Source of the DNA: Oscillospiraceae bacterium
GTDB lineage: Bacteria > Bacillota > Clostridia > Oscillospirales > Oscillospiraceae
Assembly (NCBI GenBank): GCA_031261745.1
Contig: JAISJC010000083.1
Coordinates: 22,772-86,771 of the forward strand
Reading direction: 5' to 3'
DNA: 64,000 nt
This document shows, piece by piece, positions 27,521 through 33,988 of this stretch. A program made the position numbers and the translations under genes. Position 1 is the stretch's first letter; each line of letters opens with the position of its first letter. The notes under the pieces were generated by a model. It saw only the letters and a list, made by a program, of their open reading frames with translations, ran no database searches and was not told the DNA's origin.

Positions 27521-28261
27521 TTAGAAATCCCCCCCCCCCGCATTATCGCGTAGGGTAGCAATCAGCTTGTCGGCAGCTTCACCGGTGAGGTAATACTTCT
27601 CGTCAACGTGTTCCTCAAGTACATCTTTGAGCCGTCGTTCAAGCGGTATCGGTTCGGGAAAGTCGTAATAATAGCTGCCAAGCCACGACGCCATAAATAT
27701 CCTTTCGCGGTTCTGCGGCACTCCGTAATCGCAAGCATTAAGGACTTGATATTCGTTCGTGTACCCTTTGGATTCAAGGAATCGGCACCACTCGGAAAAC
27801 TCGTCAATATTTTTCGGCGACAACACGTCCGCCACGTTCTCCATAAGTAGGATTTGCGGTAACTCCGCGCACTCGGATAGCAGACGTTCGACTTCCCACA
27901 GCAGACTTGACGCGGTGCCGCTGTCGCGGCTCATACCCTCCATTTTGCCGGCCTTTGAAATCGAGGTGCAGGGATACGAATATGTCAGTATGTAGCAGCA
28001 ATCCTCGGTGCGCTCAATGCCCAAGTCCTCGCCGCGCCACTTCGTTACATCGGACGGCTCCCACGCGGTGCCGTGAACCGCGTTATAGGAATTAACCGCA
28101 AATCTATCAATCTCGCAGAGGCGATAATGTTCAAACGGAACACCGAGGTTGCGGGGAGCCATTGCCTGTGAGCCGATACCGCCGAACAGCTCAATCAGTC
28201 GGATGGGCTTGCCAATCCGCAGCGGCGACTCACCGTCAAAGAAACTTATCTGATGCGCCAC
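27521..28261 (-). CDS. C5-MTase N-terminal part (motifs I-VIII), terminated just after the G11 tract
   Basis: GTG 28261 lies one nt after the rusA stop, with SD GAGGGGAG. Motifs LFGGIGS, YPCTSIS, ENV, QNRERIF. Ends ...NAGGGDF*. Confidence 0.7.
   Translation of the reverse strand: MAHQISFFDGESPLRIGKPIRLIELFGGIGSQAMAPRNLGVPFEHYRLCEIDRFAVNSYNAVHGTAWEPSDVTKWRGEDLGIERTEDCCYILTYSYPCTSISKAGKMEGMSRDSGTASSLLWEVERLLSECAELPQILLMENVADVLSPKNIDEFSEWCRFLESKGYTNEYQVLNACDYGVPQNRERIFMASWLGSYYYDFPEPIPLERRLKDVLEEHVDEKYYLTGEAADKLIATLRDNAGGGDF
27529..27539 (-). repeat. Homopolymeric G11 tract (C11 on the plus strand) inside the C5-MTase
   Basis: Counted directly: C at 27529-27539. The frame switches here. Confidence 0.95.
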
Positions 28262-28262
28262 A

Positions 28263-28685
28263 TCAGCCCACTCCCCTCGTCGCCTCGGTTTCCTCAATGA
28301 CAATGTGCAGTTTCGGAACCTCGGCATAATATTTTCGGACATACATTTCACAGACTTGCGCGTCGTCCGCATACGCGAGTTTGTTCAGAGCGTCGGCAAC
28401 GATTTTCAACACATTGTCGAGATCCGGCTTGACGATCGGCATTGCCTCGTCGCGTATCATCGCTTCTCGCCGCACCTTGCTGACGCTTTTCGGTATCGGG
28501 TACCCCGCGAATATTTGAAGCGTCAGCGGAATTCCCTTGTCAAACTGTTTTCCGTGCGCCGCGCGGAACGCCCATTTGATTTTTTCCTCATAGGCGACGG
28601 TTTCGGGCGGTGTATACGCGTGGCCCGCAAATCGCGGGCGTTGTTTCCCGAACGGCTGCCCCGGCACGTCAAACTCAATTCGCAT
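28263..28685 (-). CDS. rusA: RusA-family Holliday junction resolvase
   Basis: ATG 28685; 140 aa. MRIEFDVPGQPFGKQRPRF...VKPDLDNVLKIVADALN is the typical RusA pattern. Confidence 0.8.
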   Translation of the reverse strand: MRIEFDVPGQPFGKQRPRFAGHAYTPPETVAYEEKIKWAFRAAHGKQFDKGIPLTLQIFAGYPIPKSVSKVRREAMIRDEAMPIVKPDLDNVLKIVADALNKLAYADDAQVCEMYVRKYYAEVPKLHIVIEETEATRGVG

Positions 28686-29073
28686 TATTTTCACCCCGCA
28701 TAATTGCGCGTTTCCTACGCTGATACGCCAAGTCCAACAAACGCTCGTCGCGGTTTTCGTGATATGCTTTCCGTTGCCGATCGCATTCCGCTTCGTGGTG
28801 CGACTCGTAATATCTGCGATTTTTCGCCGAGATGTCACGCTTTGACTCACGTTCGGCACGCCGCTCGGCGGCTTTGCCGTCCCACTTGTGTATGTACGAC
28901 GAAGCTTTGCATTTGTCCGAACAGAAGTAAATCGTTTTCTGAACGCCGCCCGTTGACGCATTTTTTATGCTTCTCACGAACGGCGTGTCGGCTGTCGTTC
29001 GGATGCGCTTTCCGCATATACCGCAATCTCTAAACAAAATCCATCTGTTCGTCGTTGCCCGTCTAACACTCAT
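28675..29073 (-). CDS. Hypothetical zinc-finger / basic protein
   Basis: 132 aa with CGICGK...CSDKC and an Arg/Glu-rich tail. Confidence 0.4.
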   Translation of the reverse strand: MSVRRATTNRWILFRDCGICGKRIRTTADTPFVRSIKNASTGGVQKTIYFCSDKCKASSYIHKWDGKAAERRAERESKRDISAKNRRYYESHHEAECDRQRKAYHENRDERLLDLAYQRRKRAIMRGENNAN

Positions 29074-29098
29074 TGACTTTCTCCTTTGCCGACTTTGA

Positions 29099-29197
29099 AA
29101 GGGGCGGCGGGAATTGAACCCGCTCTTCCGGCACTAATCACGGCGTGCATTGAAGCTGCCGTTTATCTCCGACGCTCTTCCTTTGAGCTACGCCCCC
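29099..29197 (-). tRNA. Aberrant tRNA-like gene: canonical acceptor, D and T arms, but a 45-nt extended helix in place of the anticodon arm
   Basis: Hand fold of the minus strand, 5' to 3'. Acceptor GGGGGCG, then TA, then D-arm GCTC-AAAGGAA-GAGC. A 45-nt imperfect hairpin tipped by CUUCAAU follows, then AAGA. T-arm is GCGGG-TTCAATT-CCCGC and the 3' acceptor strand is CGCCCCT. No CCA is encoded. Confidence 0.5.
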
Positions 29198-29363
29198 GTG
29201 TCGCCGTGTACCGCCTCAACCCGCCACGGCTCGGTAATCGTAAAGGTGCGGCTCCCACTCGCTATTTTGCAAACTCAAACGCCCTACTGCACTCAAGCCT
29301 CGCTGCTCGTTTGCATATTCACGAATCGCCCACGAGGTCATATGCCCTCATAGTGGGACGTAC

Positions 29364-29436
29364 TGGTGCAGGGGTTCGGAGTTCCACCGAACGCTATAAC
29401 GGGTTTCACGCCGCCAACTGCATAATGGCACCCTGC
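29364..29436 (-). ncRNA. Second tRNA-like element ending in an encoded CCA, without a recognisable anticodon arm
   Basis: Hand fold. Acceptor GCAGGG pairs with CCCTGC, followed by A-CCA. T-arm GTTCGG-TGGAACT-CCGAAC. D-arm-like ATGC-AGTTGGCG-GCGT. Only 15 nt remain where the anticodon arm should be. Confidence 0.35.
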
Positions 29437-29472
29437 ATATTGGCAGTTATCGTACTGCCGGACGTTGATTTT

Positions 29473-29676
29473 TTAATCTTTGTTTGCCTTGAACGCTTCG
29501 CGGTATGCCCTGTCCGAGTAAGCGTATTTCTTGCATAACGGCTTACTTTGTCGGAGAAGCTGTTTCGAGTACACGCACTCGCCCGTTGTTCGCGGCATAT
29601 TATTCAGCGATTGGCTATATCTCTTGAAGTGTTTGCAGCCGCCGCAGGTATACGGCTTATAGGACAGATACGCCAT
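29473..29676 (-). CDS. Small Cys-rich protein
   Basis: ATG 29676 lies 6 nt after the G11 tract; begins MAYLSYKPYTCGGCKHF... Confidence 0.45.
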   Translation of the reverse strand: MAYLSYKPYTCGGCKHFKRYSQSLNNMPRTTGECVYSKQLLRQSKPLCKKYAYSDRAYREAFKANKD

Positions 29677-30337
29677 CAATTACCCCCCCCCCCGCAGGGG
29701 TAACAACCCACACATCGCGGTTCGAGGTGACAGCGAAGCAGTCCTTGTCATTGTCGAACGCAATATCAACCATCGCGTCGCCGACACCCCTATCCTCGAC
29801 GACGTATTCCCCGAGTCCGTCTATGTAAATCACCGTGCCGAATGGGAGGTCTTTCATAGCCACGGTGCGCCCAACCGTCACCTGTACGCCGCTTTTGGTG
29901 ATTCCGTCAGCTTTTTTCTTTCCGACCTGCTTCGGGTCAGTCCAGTTATACCCGACGATTTTGTATTCGCCGAGATAAGTCATTCCCTCGCGGTACACGC
30001 CCCAGTCCTCCTCGACACGCTGATTATAGGCATCAATGCCGCGTCGCGCGTCTTCCGCTGTCAGCGTTCGTGGTTCCGGCTCCTCCGGCGTGGGTTCTAC
30101 TTGCTCGGGTGACGGCGTAAATGTCACGATCGGCGCGACAGTCGTTGCAACTGCGGGGCTTTCGTACTTGACCGTAACTTGCTCCGTCGGCGCAATCGAC
30201 GGTTCCGGCTCCCTCACGTCCTTGTGCTGCGTCGTCAAAGCCGCTGCCGCTATTGCGACGATGCAGCAAAATACGACTCCGACAAACTGTGAGTCGGCAC
30301 GTTTGCGCCCTGTGTAGGGCTTTGTCTTTCGTTTCAT
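29657..30337 (-). CDS. Membrane-anchored 3D-domain (MltA/YocH-type) protein
   Basis: 226 aa. N-terminal TM segment VGVVFCCIVAIAAAAL, a Pro/Glu-rich linker, and a C-terminal GRTVAMKDLPFGTVIYIDGLGEYVVEDRG pattern. Confidence 0.6.
   Translation of the reverse strand: MKRKTKPYTGRKRADSQFVGVVFCCIVAIAAAALTTQHKDVREPEPSIAPTEQVTVKYESPAVATTVAPIVTFTPSPEQVEPTPEEPEPRTLTAEDARRGIDAYNQRVEEDWGVYREGMTYLGEYKIVGYNWTDPKQVGKKKADGITKSGVQVTVGRTVAMKDLPFGTVIYIDGLGEYVVEDRGVGDAMVDIAFDNDKDCFAVTSNRDVWVVTPAGGGVIDGVSVL
29683..29693 (-). repeat. Homopolymeric G11 tract at the 3' end of the 3D-domain gene and the SD position of the next gene
   Basis: Counted directly: C at 29683-29693. Confidence 0.95.
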
Positions 30338-30744
30338 AAGTCCTCCGTTTCGTCCGTTTGGGACGACTCCATTTTTGCAATTAGATTTTGCATACGCTCA
30401 AAGTCGCGCCGAGCGCGTTCGGGAGCCTCCCTGCGGTCTTTTGCTTGGTCGATTTCGGCAAGAACAGCGGGCAAGCTCGGAAAGAATACCGCGTCCTTTG
30501 ACCGTTGCATTCTTATCGCGTCGATTGCGGTGCGTACATCAGCAGGGTTTTCCCGTTCAAACGCAATAGCCCAAGCGATTACCATCATTTGACCGTCGCG
30601 TTTCGACAAGCCGCGAAGCTGATTCGGGAAAGACGCTTTGAGGAGTGCAAGCATCTCCGTTGTGTGTCGGACAACCTCCGCAGACGCGCTTTTTACGATC
30701 CCCTCTTGACGCTCGGCGGCTATTGCCTCGCTATTCGTTCCCAT
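30334..30744 (-). CDS. G39P-like replicative helicase loader
   Basis: 136 aa. LLKASFPNQL...W...DVRTAIDAI....FFPSLPAVLAEI resembles the 'loader and inhibitor of G40P' pattern. Follows the DnaD-like gene. Confidence 0.5.
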   Translation of the reverse strand: MGTNSEAIAAERQEGIVKSASAEVVRHTTEMLALLKASFPNQLRGLSKRDGQMMVIAWAIAFERENPADVRTAIDAIRMQRSKDAVFFPSLPAVLAEIDQAKDRREAPERARRDFERMQNLIAKMESSQTDETEDL

Positions 30745-31633
30745 TGTTCATATCCCCCATAATGCTTAGAAATACGTTGTCCTCTTGGGGTGAAGCCCGC
30801 GCCCCGCCGGAAGCGGTGCCGCTCCGAGCATTTTCAAATCGTTCGGCATATGCCGCAACATCGGCAAGCGATATAACGCCCGCCACTTTCCACTTTTTCA
30901 GAATGCCGTTTATGTACGTCCAATTTCGGCTCCGTTTGGCTGCGGCAACTCGAAACGCTTGAATAAGCACGTCGGACGACATCCCCTCGTCGAGATAATA
31001 CTGAACTCCCTCGATAGCCATTGCCGGTGGTATGCTTTCGATTTCTTGCATATAAGCGGTCATCGCCGCGCCGAGTTCGGGGTTCACGCTTTCGCGCGTG
31101 TGCGCGTTAAAATTACTACTACTATCGTTATCCTTGGTTAGGTTGGGTACGGTTGGGTTGGGTACGGTAGGCGCGTTACATTCCGTTTCACTTGCGTTAC
31201 ATTGCTCGTTGTAACGCGTTACATCTGCGTTACATTCCGTTTTTTCTTTGTTTTCAACGGGTTTCTGCCGCTTTCTATAATTCTCAACGCGCTTTTTTGA
31301 CTGTGCTGTAACGCGTTCCCTACGCTCCATTAGCTTCCCGGCGTAATCGTCCCAGTCGTGAAGCGACATAATTCCGTCACTATCCTTGTCAATGAATCGC
31401 GTTTCAATTAGTGCCTCGGTGAACGCCACTGCGTCCCCGTCCCATTCCGCTGCGTCTGCTATATCGTGTTCGTCAAACCCCACGAGGCTCCCGCTCTGCG
31501 CGTAATCCAATGCCCACCACCAAAGAAAATGTAGGTGTCCGACCGCAGTCGGTAACGATATTTGAAGTGTCCGCGCAAGTCGTTTCGTTTTTGGGTGTCG
31601 CCCGAGTTGTTGGTGGCTTTCAATCCACGCCAT
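30731..31633 (-). CDS. Replisome organiser / DnaD-domain replication protein
   Basis: 300 aa. C-terminal SSDVLIQAFRVAAAKRSRNWTYINGILKKW is DnaD/DnaB_2-like. Internal iterons are present. Confidence 0.7.
   Translation of the reverse strand: MAWIESHQQLGRHPKTKRLARTLQISLPTAVGHLHFLWWWALDYAQSGSLVGFDEHDIADAAEWDGDAVAFTEALIETRFIDKDSDGIMSLHDWDDYAGKLMERRERVTAQSKKRVENYRKRQKPVENKEKTECNADVTRYNEQCNASETECNAPTVPNPTVPNLTKDNDSSSNFNAHTRESVNPELGAAMTAYMQEIESIPPAMAIEGVQYYLDEGMSSDVLIQAFRVAAAKRSRNWTYINGILKKWKVAGVISLADVAAYAERFENARSGTASGGARASPQEDNVFLSIMGDMNNGNE
31141..31235. repeat. Iteron cluster (putative phage replication origin) inside the organiser gene
   Basis: GGTTGGGTACGGT occurs twice (31141, 31156). GCGTTACAT occurs four times (31173, 31194, 31216, 31227), plus an inverted GTAACGC at 31211. 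Confidence 0.6.
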
Positions 31634-31636
31634 AGC

Positions 31637-32353
31637 TTACTTCCTCCATTTGAGGATATCGCACAAATGCTCGTCGAGTGCGATGCTCTCTGTATGATAC
31701 TTGTCGTCAAACGACTTTTGCCCGATCGTTCCGACCTCGTTATGGTGTTCACGACAAAGCGGTTGCACCCGCAAGCCGAGGTTATGTATCTTGTGCCTAT
31801 CGCGCAGCCCGACGTGGTCAACGTGATGTATGTCGGCGCGAGTTCCGCAGATGCAACAGCGTCGGTTTGCAACGCAAGAGTAAAGGTATCTGCCTATGTC
31901 CTCACATCGGTTGAGTAGCGTGTCCTCGCACGGTATGCCGTGGACGACGCAAAGCTCAACGAGATAGTCTATAAACTCCCGCGCCGTCGTCATATCTACG
32001 TCCGAAAGCGAAAACAGGTCAATCTGCGACAACTCGCAAAAGTGATAAGTGAGCCGCCGCCGTACCGCTTCACTGTCCGTGCGGTCGATAAGATATAGCA
32101 GCTGCATTTGACGGAGCATTTCGACGTTCTCGCGCTTTCGGGCCGCGGGCATCGGCGCGGACACGAACTCGGTGATGTCGTGAATAAGGGCGAATGTCTT
32201 GCGCCGTTGGTCGCTCGAAATCGTGCGCCCGTCGTCGATCCGAACCTCGAATTCGTTTATCATATGTTTCTGAATCCAGTCGGTGTCGGAGAACGGCACA
32301 AACACAGAAAACCCGTTCTCGGTTACGTCTTGTAAATATCCCGTGCCGTTCAT
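31637..32353 (-). CDS. Putative HNH-type nuclease (HNHc_6-like C-terminus)
   Basis: 238 aa with CCICGTRADIHHVDHVG...LCREHHNEVGTIG. Confidence 0.5.
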   Translation of the reverse strand: MNGTGYLQDVTENGFSVFVPFSDTDWIQKHMINEFEVRIDDGRTISSDQRRKTFALIHDITEFVSAPMPAARKRENVEMLRQMQLLYLIDRTDSEAVRRRLTYHFCELSQIDLFSLSDVDMTTAREFIDYLVELCVVHGIPCEDTLLNRCEDIGRYLYSCVANRRCCICGTRADIHHVDHVGLRDRHKIHNLGLRVQPLCREHHNEVGTIGQKSFDDKYHTESIALDEHLCDILKWRK

Positions 32354-32365
32354 TCCATCACCTCG

Positions 32366-33106
32366 TCAAAATGGTTGCAGGGTCAATTCGATATGCGTCC
32401 CGGCATTTGCAGCACTCGTGGTTATTCCTGTGAGGTTCTCTATCTCGCGCACCATACGGCGTTCGTCTGCGTTGCCGCTCGAAAGGTGTATCAACAGGAT
32501 TCGGCGCGTGTCGGTTAGATCGCAAGCTGCGAGAAATTCTTTCAGATGTTCAAGCGACATATGAGAGGACATCAGCCTATCGTAAACCGCCCTGTGTAGG
32601 TCGCCGCTCTCGAATCGCTCAACCGCAATATCGCGGCTGTAATTGCACTCAACAAGAAAATAGTGAACGCCTTTGAACGCGGATTTGAGATAAAACGTAT
32701 CCGTGGCGTAAAGTAAAACTTCCCTCGTCGGTCTATATGTCACGAGAAAGCCTAACGGCTCGGCGGCATCGTGTTCCGTTTCAAACGGGTAAACGGTAAA
32801 GTTTCCGACCGCGAACACGGTATCGGCAGCGACAAGGCGTATTCTGTGGCTTTGTTCGCGCATTTTCGCCGCTGTACCCATAGACATAAAGCAATCAATA
32901 CCGGCGCGCACAGCGTCGGGAATTGCCCTCGTGTGGTCGCCGTGTTCGTGCGAAACAAGGCACCCTGCGACATTACGCGTATCGAAACCGAGCGCGGTCT
33001 GTATATCTCGCCACCGCGCTCCGCAGTCAAGCAGTAGGCGGTCGCTTCCGGCCGTCAATATATACGCGTTTCCCGAGGAGCCGGAAGCGATAACGTCCAA
33101 TGTCAC
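32366..33106 (-). CDS. MBL-fold metallo-hydrolase
   Basis: 246 aa with the VSHEHGDH motif. Lies adjacent to recT. Confidence 0.7.
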   Translation of the reverse strand: MTLDVIASGSSGNAYILTAGSDRLLLDCGARWRDIQTALGFDTRNVAGCLVSHEHGDHTRAIPDAVRAGIDCFMSMGTAAKMREQSHRIRLVAADTVFAVGNFTVYPFETEHDAAEPLGFLVTYRPTREVLLYATDTFYLKSAFKGVHYFLVECNYSRDIAVERFESGDLHRAVYDRLMSSHMSLEHLKEFLAACDLTDTRRILLIHLSSGNADERRMVREIENLTGITTSAANAGTHIELTLQPF

Positions 33107-33109
33107 GGC

Positions 33110-33988
33110 TTAAAACGGCGCGGATTTCTGCGTATCCGAGGGCGGCGCGTCGGTAGTGGACGCGCCTTCGGGTTCGTCATCGGGTTCGTCATACTCGTCG
33201 TTCCCAACGACCGACGACGCGTCAATCAGTTTCTTATTGGCGTTCGCGGAAATCTCCGCGTTCGACACTTCGTAAGCGTCAACTTCAACATACTCGGTGT
33301 TATTGAACGCTTCGATAATGAGGTCGGAATCGTCCGAGGCGTTGACAAAGCGTTTCGCGCCCCTGTTGATAACGGTACGCATCGCCATTTCCTCGGGGAA
33401 TTCCTTTGCGACACTACCGCCCGTTTTCGACTTACCCCAAGACACGTCGATTTGCTTTTTGCTCATAAGCTCGGTGAACGGTTTGCGATCGTCGTCAAAT
33501 ATAATGACGGAGTACGCGCCGACGATGGGCCTGTCGAGGGATTCGAGTGTCTGCTTATGCTCAACAACAGAAATCACAGCGTTGTCAATTTCATAGACAA
33601 ACTCGTCGCCCTCGTGAACGACCTGCGCGAACACGTCTTGTACCCCGTTCATCCGTTTCAGAACGGCTTTCGTTCCGTGATAGCTCCGCATCGTCGTGAG
33701 CTTGTCGCCATAGACGATAAAGTAGCATTGCTTTTTCGCCGGGGAAAGCCCTTGAATTACCATATCAAAGAGCGCGTTTGCGATGCTGTCCCTTGTGCAT
33801 ACTTCGAGCGCGGGTTTCTTGTTCCTGTCCTCGACCGCTTGGAGGGCTAACCACGCGCTTTTGAGCGCGTTCTGCGGGGAGTAGTTCGGCGGGAAGTGAA
33901 TATTCCCATTTTTTTGCAGAGATTCGACACGTTCAAGAACGGTGTCGCTGATGTTCTTGCTCTGCGTTGCGAGTTCCTGTGTTCCCAT
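33110..33988 (-). CDS. recT: RecT-family single-strand annealing recombinase
   Basis: 292 aa. RecT-like pattern with an acidic C-terminal tail. Confidence 0.8.
   Translation of the reverse strand: MGTQELATQSKNISDTVLERVESLQKNGNIHFPPNYSPQNALKSAWLALQAVEDRNKKPALEVCTRDSIANALFDMVIQGLSPAKKQCYFIVYGDKLTTMRSYHGTKAVLKRMNGVQDVFAQVVHEGDEFVYEIDNAVISVVEHKQTLESLDRPIVGAYSVIIFDDDRKPFTELMSKKQIDVSWGKSKTGGSVAKEFPEEMAMRTVINRGAKRFVNASDDSDLIIEAFNNTEYVEVDAYEVSNAEISANANKKLIDASSVVGNDEYDEPDDEPEGASTTDAPPSDTQKSAPF

Larger units (their letters stand above)
26756..28261 (-). pseudogene. Cytosine-5 DNA methyltransferase locus, read in three frames (interrupted at a G11 tract; possibly phase-variable and/or naturally split)
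   Basis: All C5-MTase motifs (I, IV, VI, VIII, TRD, IX, X) are present and in order. They are distributed over ORFs 27521-28261, 27306-27542 and 26756-27328. Confidence 0.7.

Noticed and set aside
28686-28961. N-terminal 92-aa extension of the rusA ORF
   Set aside because: The extension overlaps the upstream 28675-29073 gene in another frame. RusA homology begins at MRIEFDVPGQPFGKQRPRF (ATG 28685).
29099-29197. Idea that the UCA-tipped tRNA-like gene signals UGA stop-codon recoding in this phage
   Set aside because: Many phage genes here terminate at TGA in ATGA/GTGA overlaps with correctly positioned downstream starts. Examples are at 15004, 16137, 19780, 20634 and 21541. TGA therefore functions as a stop.
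29086-29538. 150-aa plus-strand ORF covering the tRNA-like island
   Set aside because: It has a TTG start and no SD, and it overlaps the canonical tRNA arms on the other strand. All the surrounding genes are on the minus strand.
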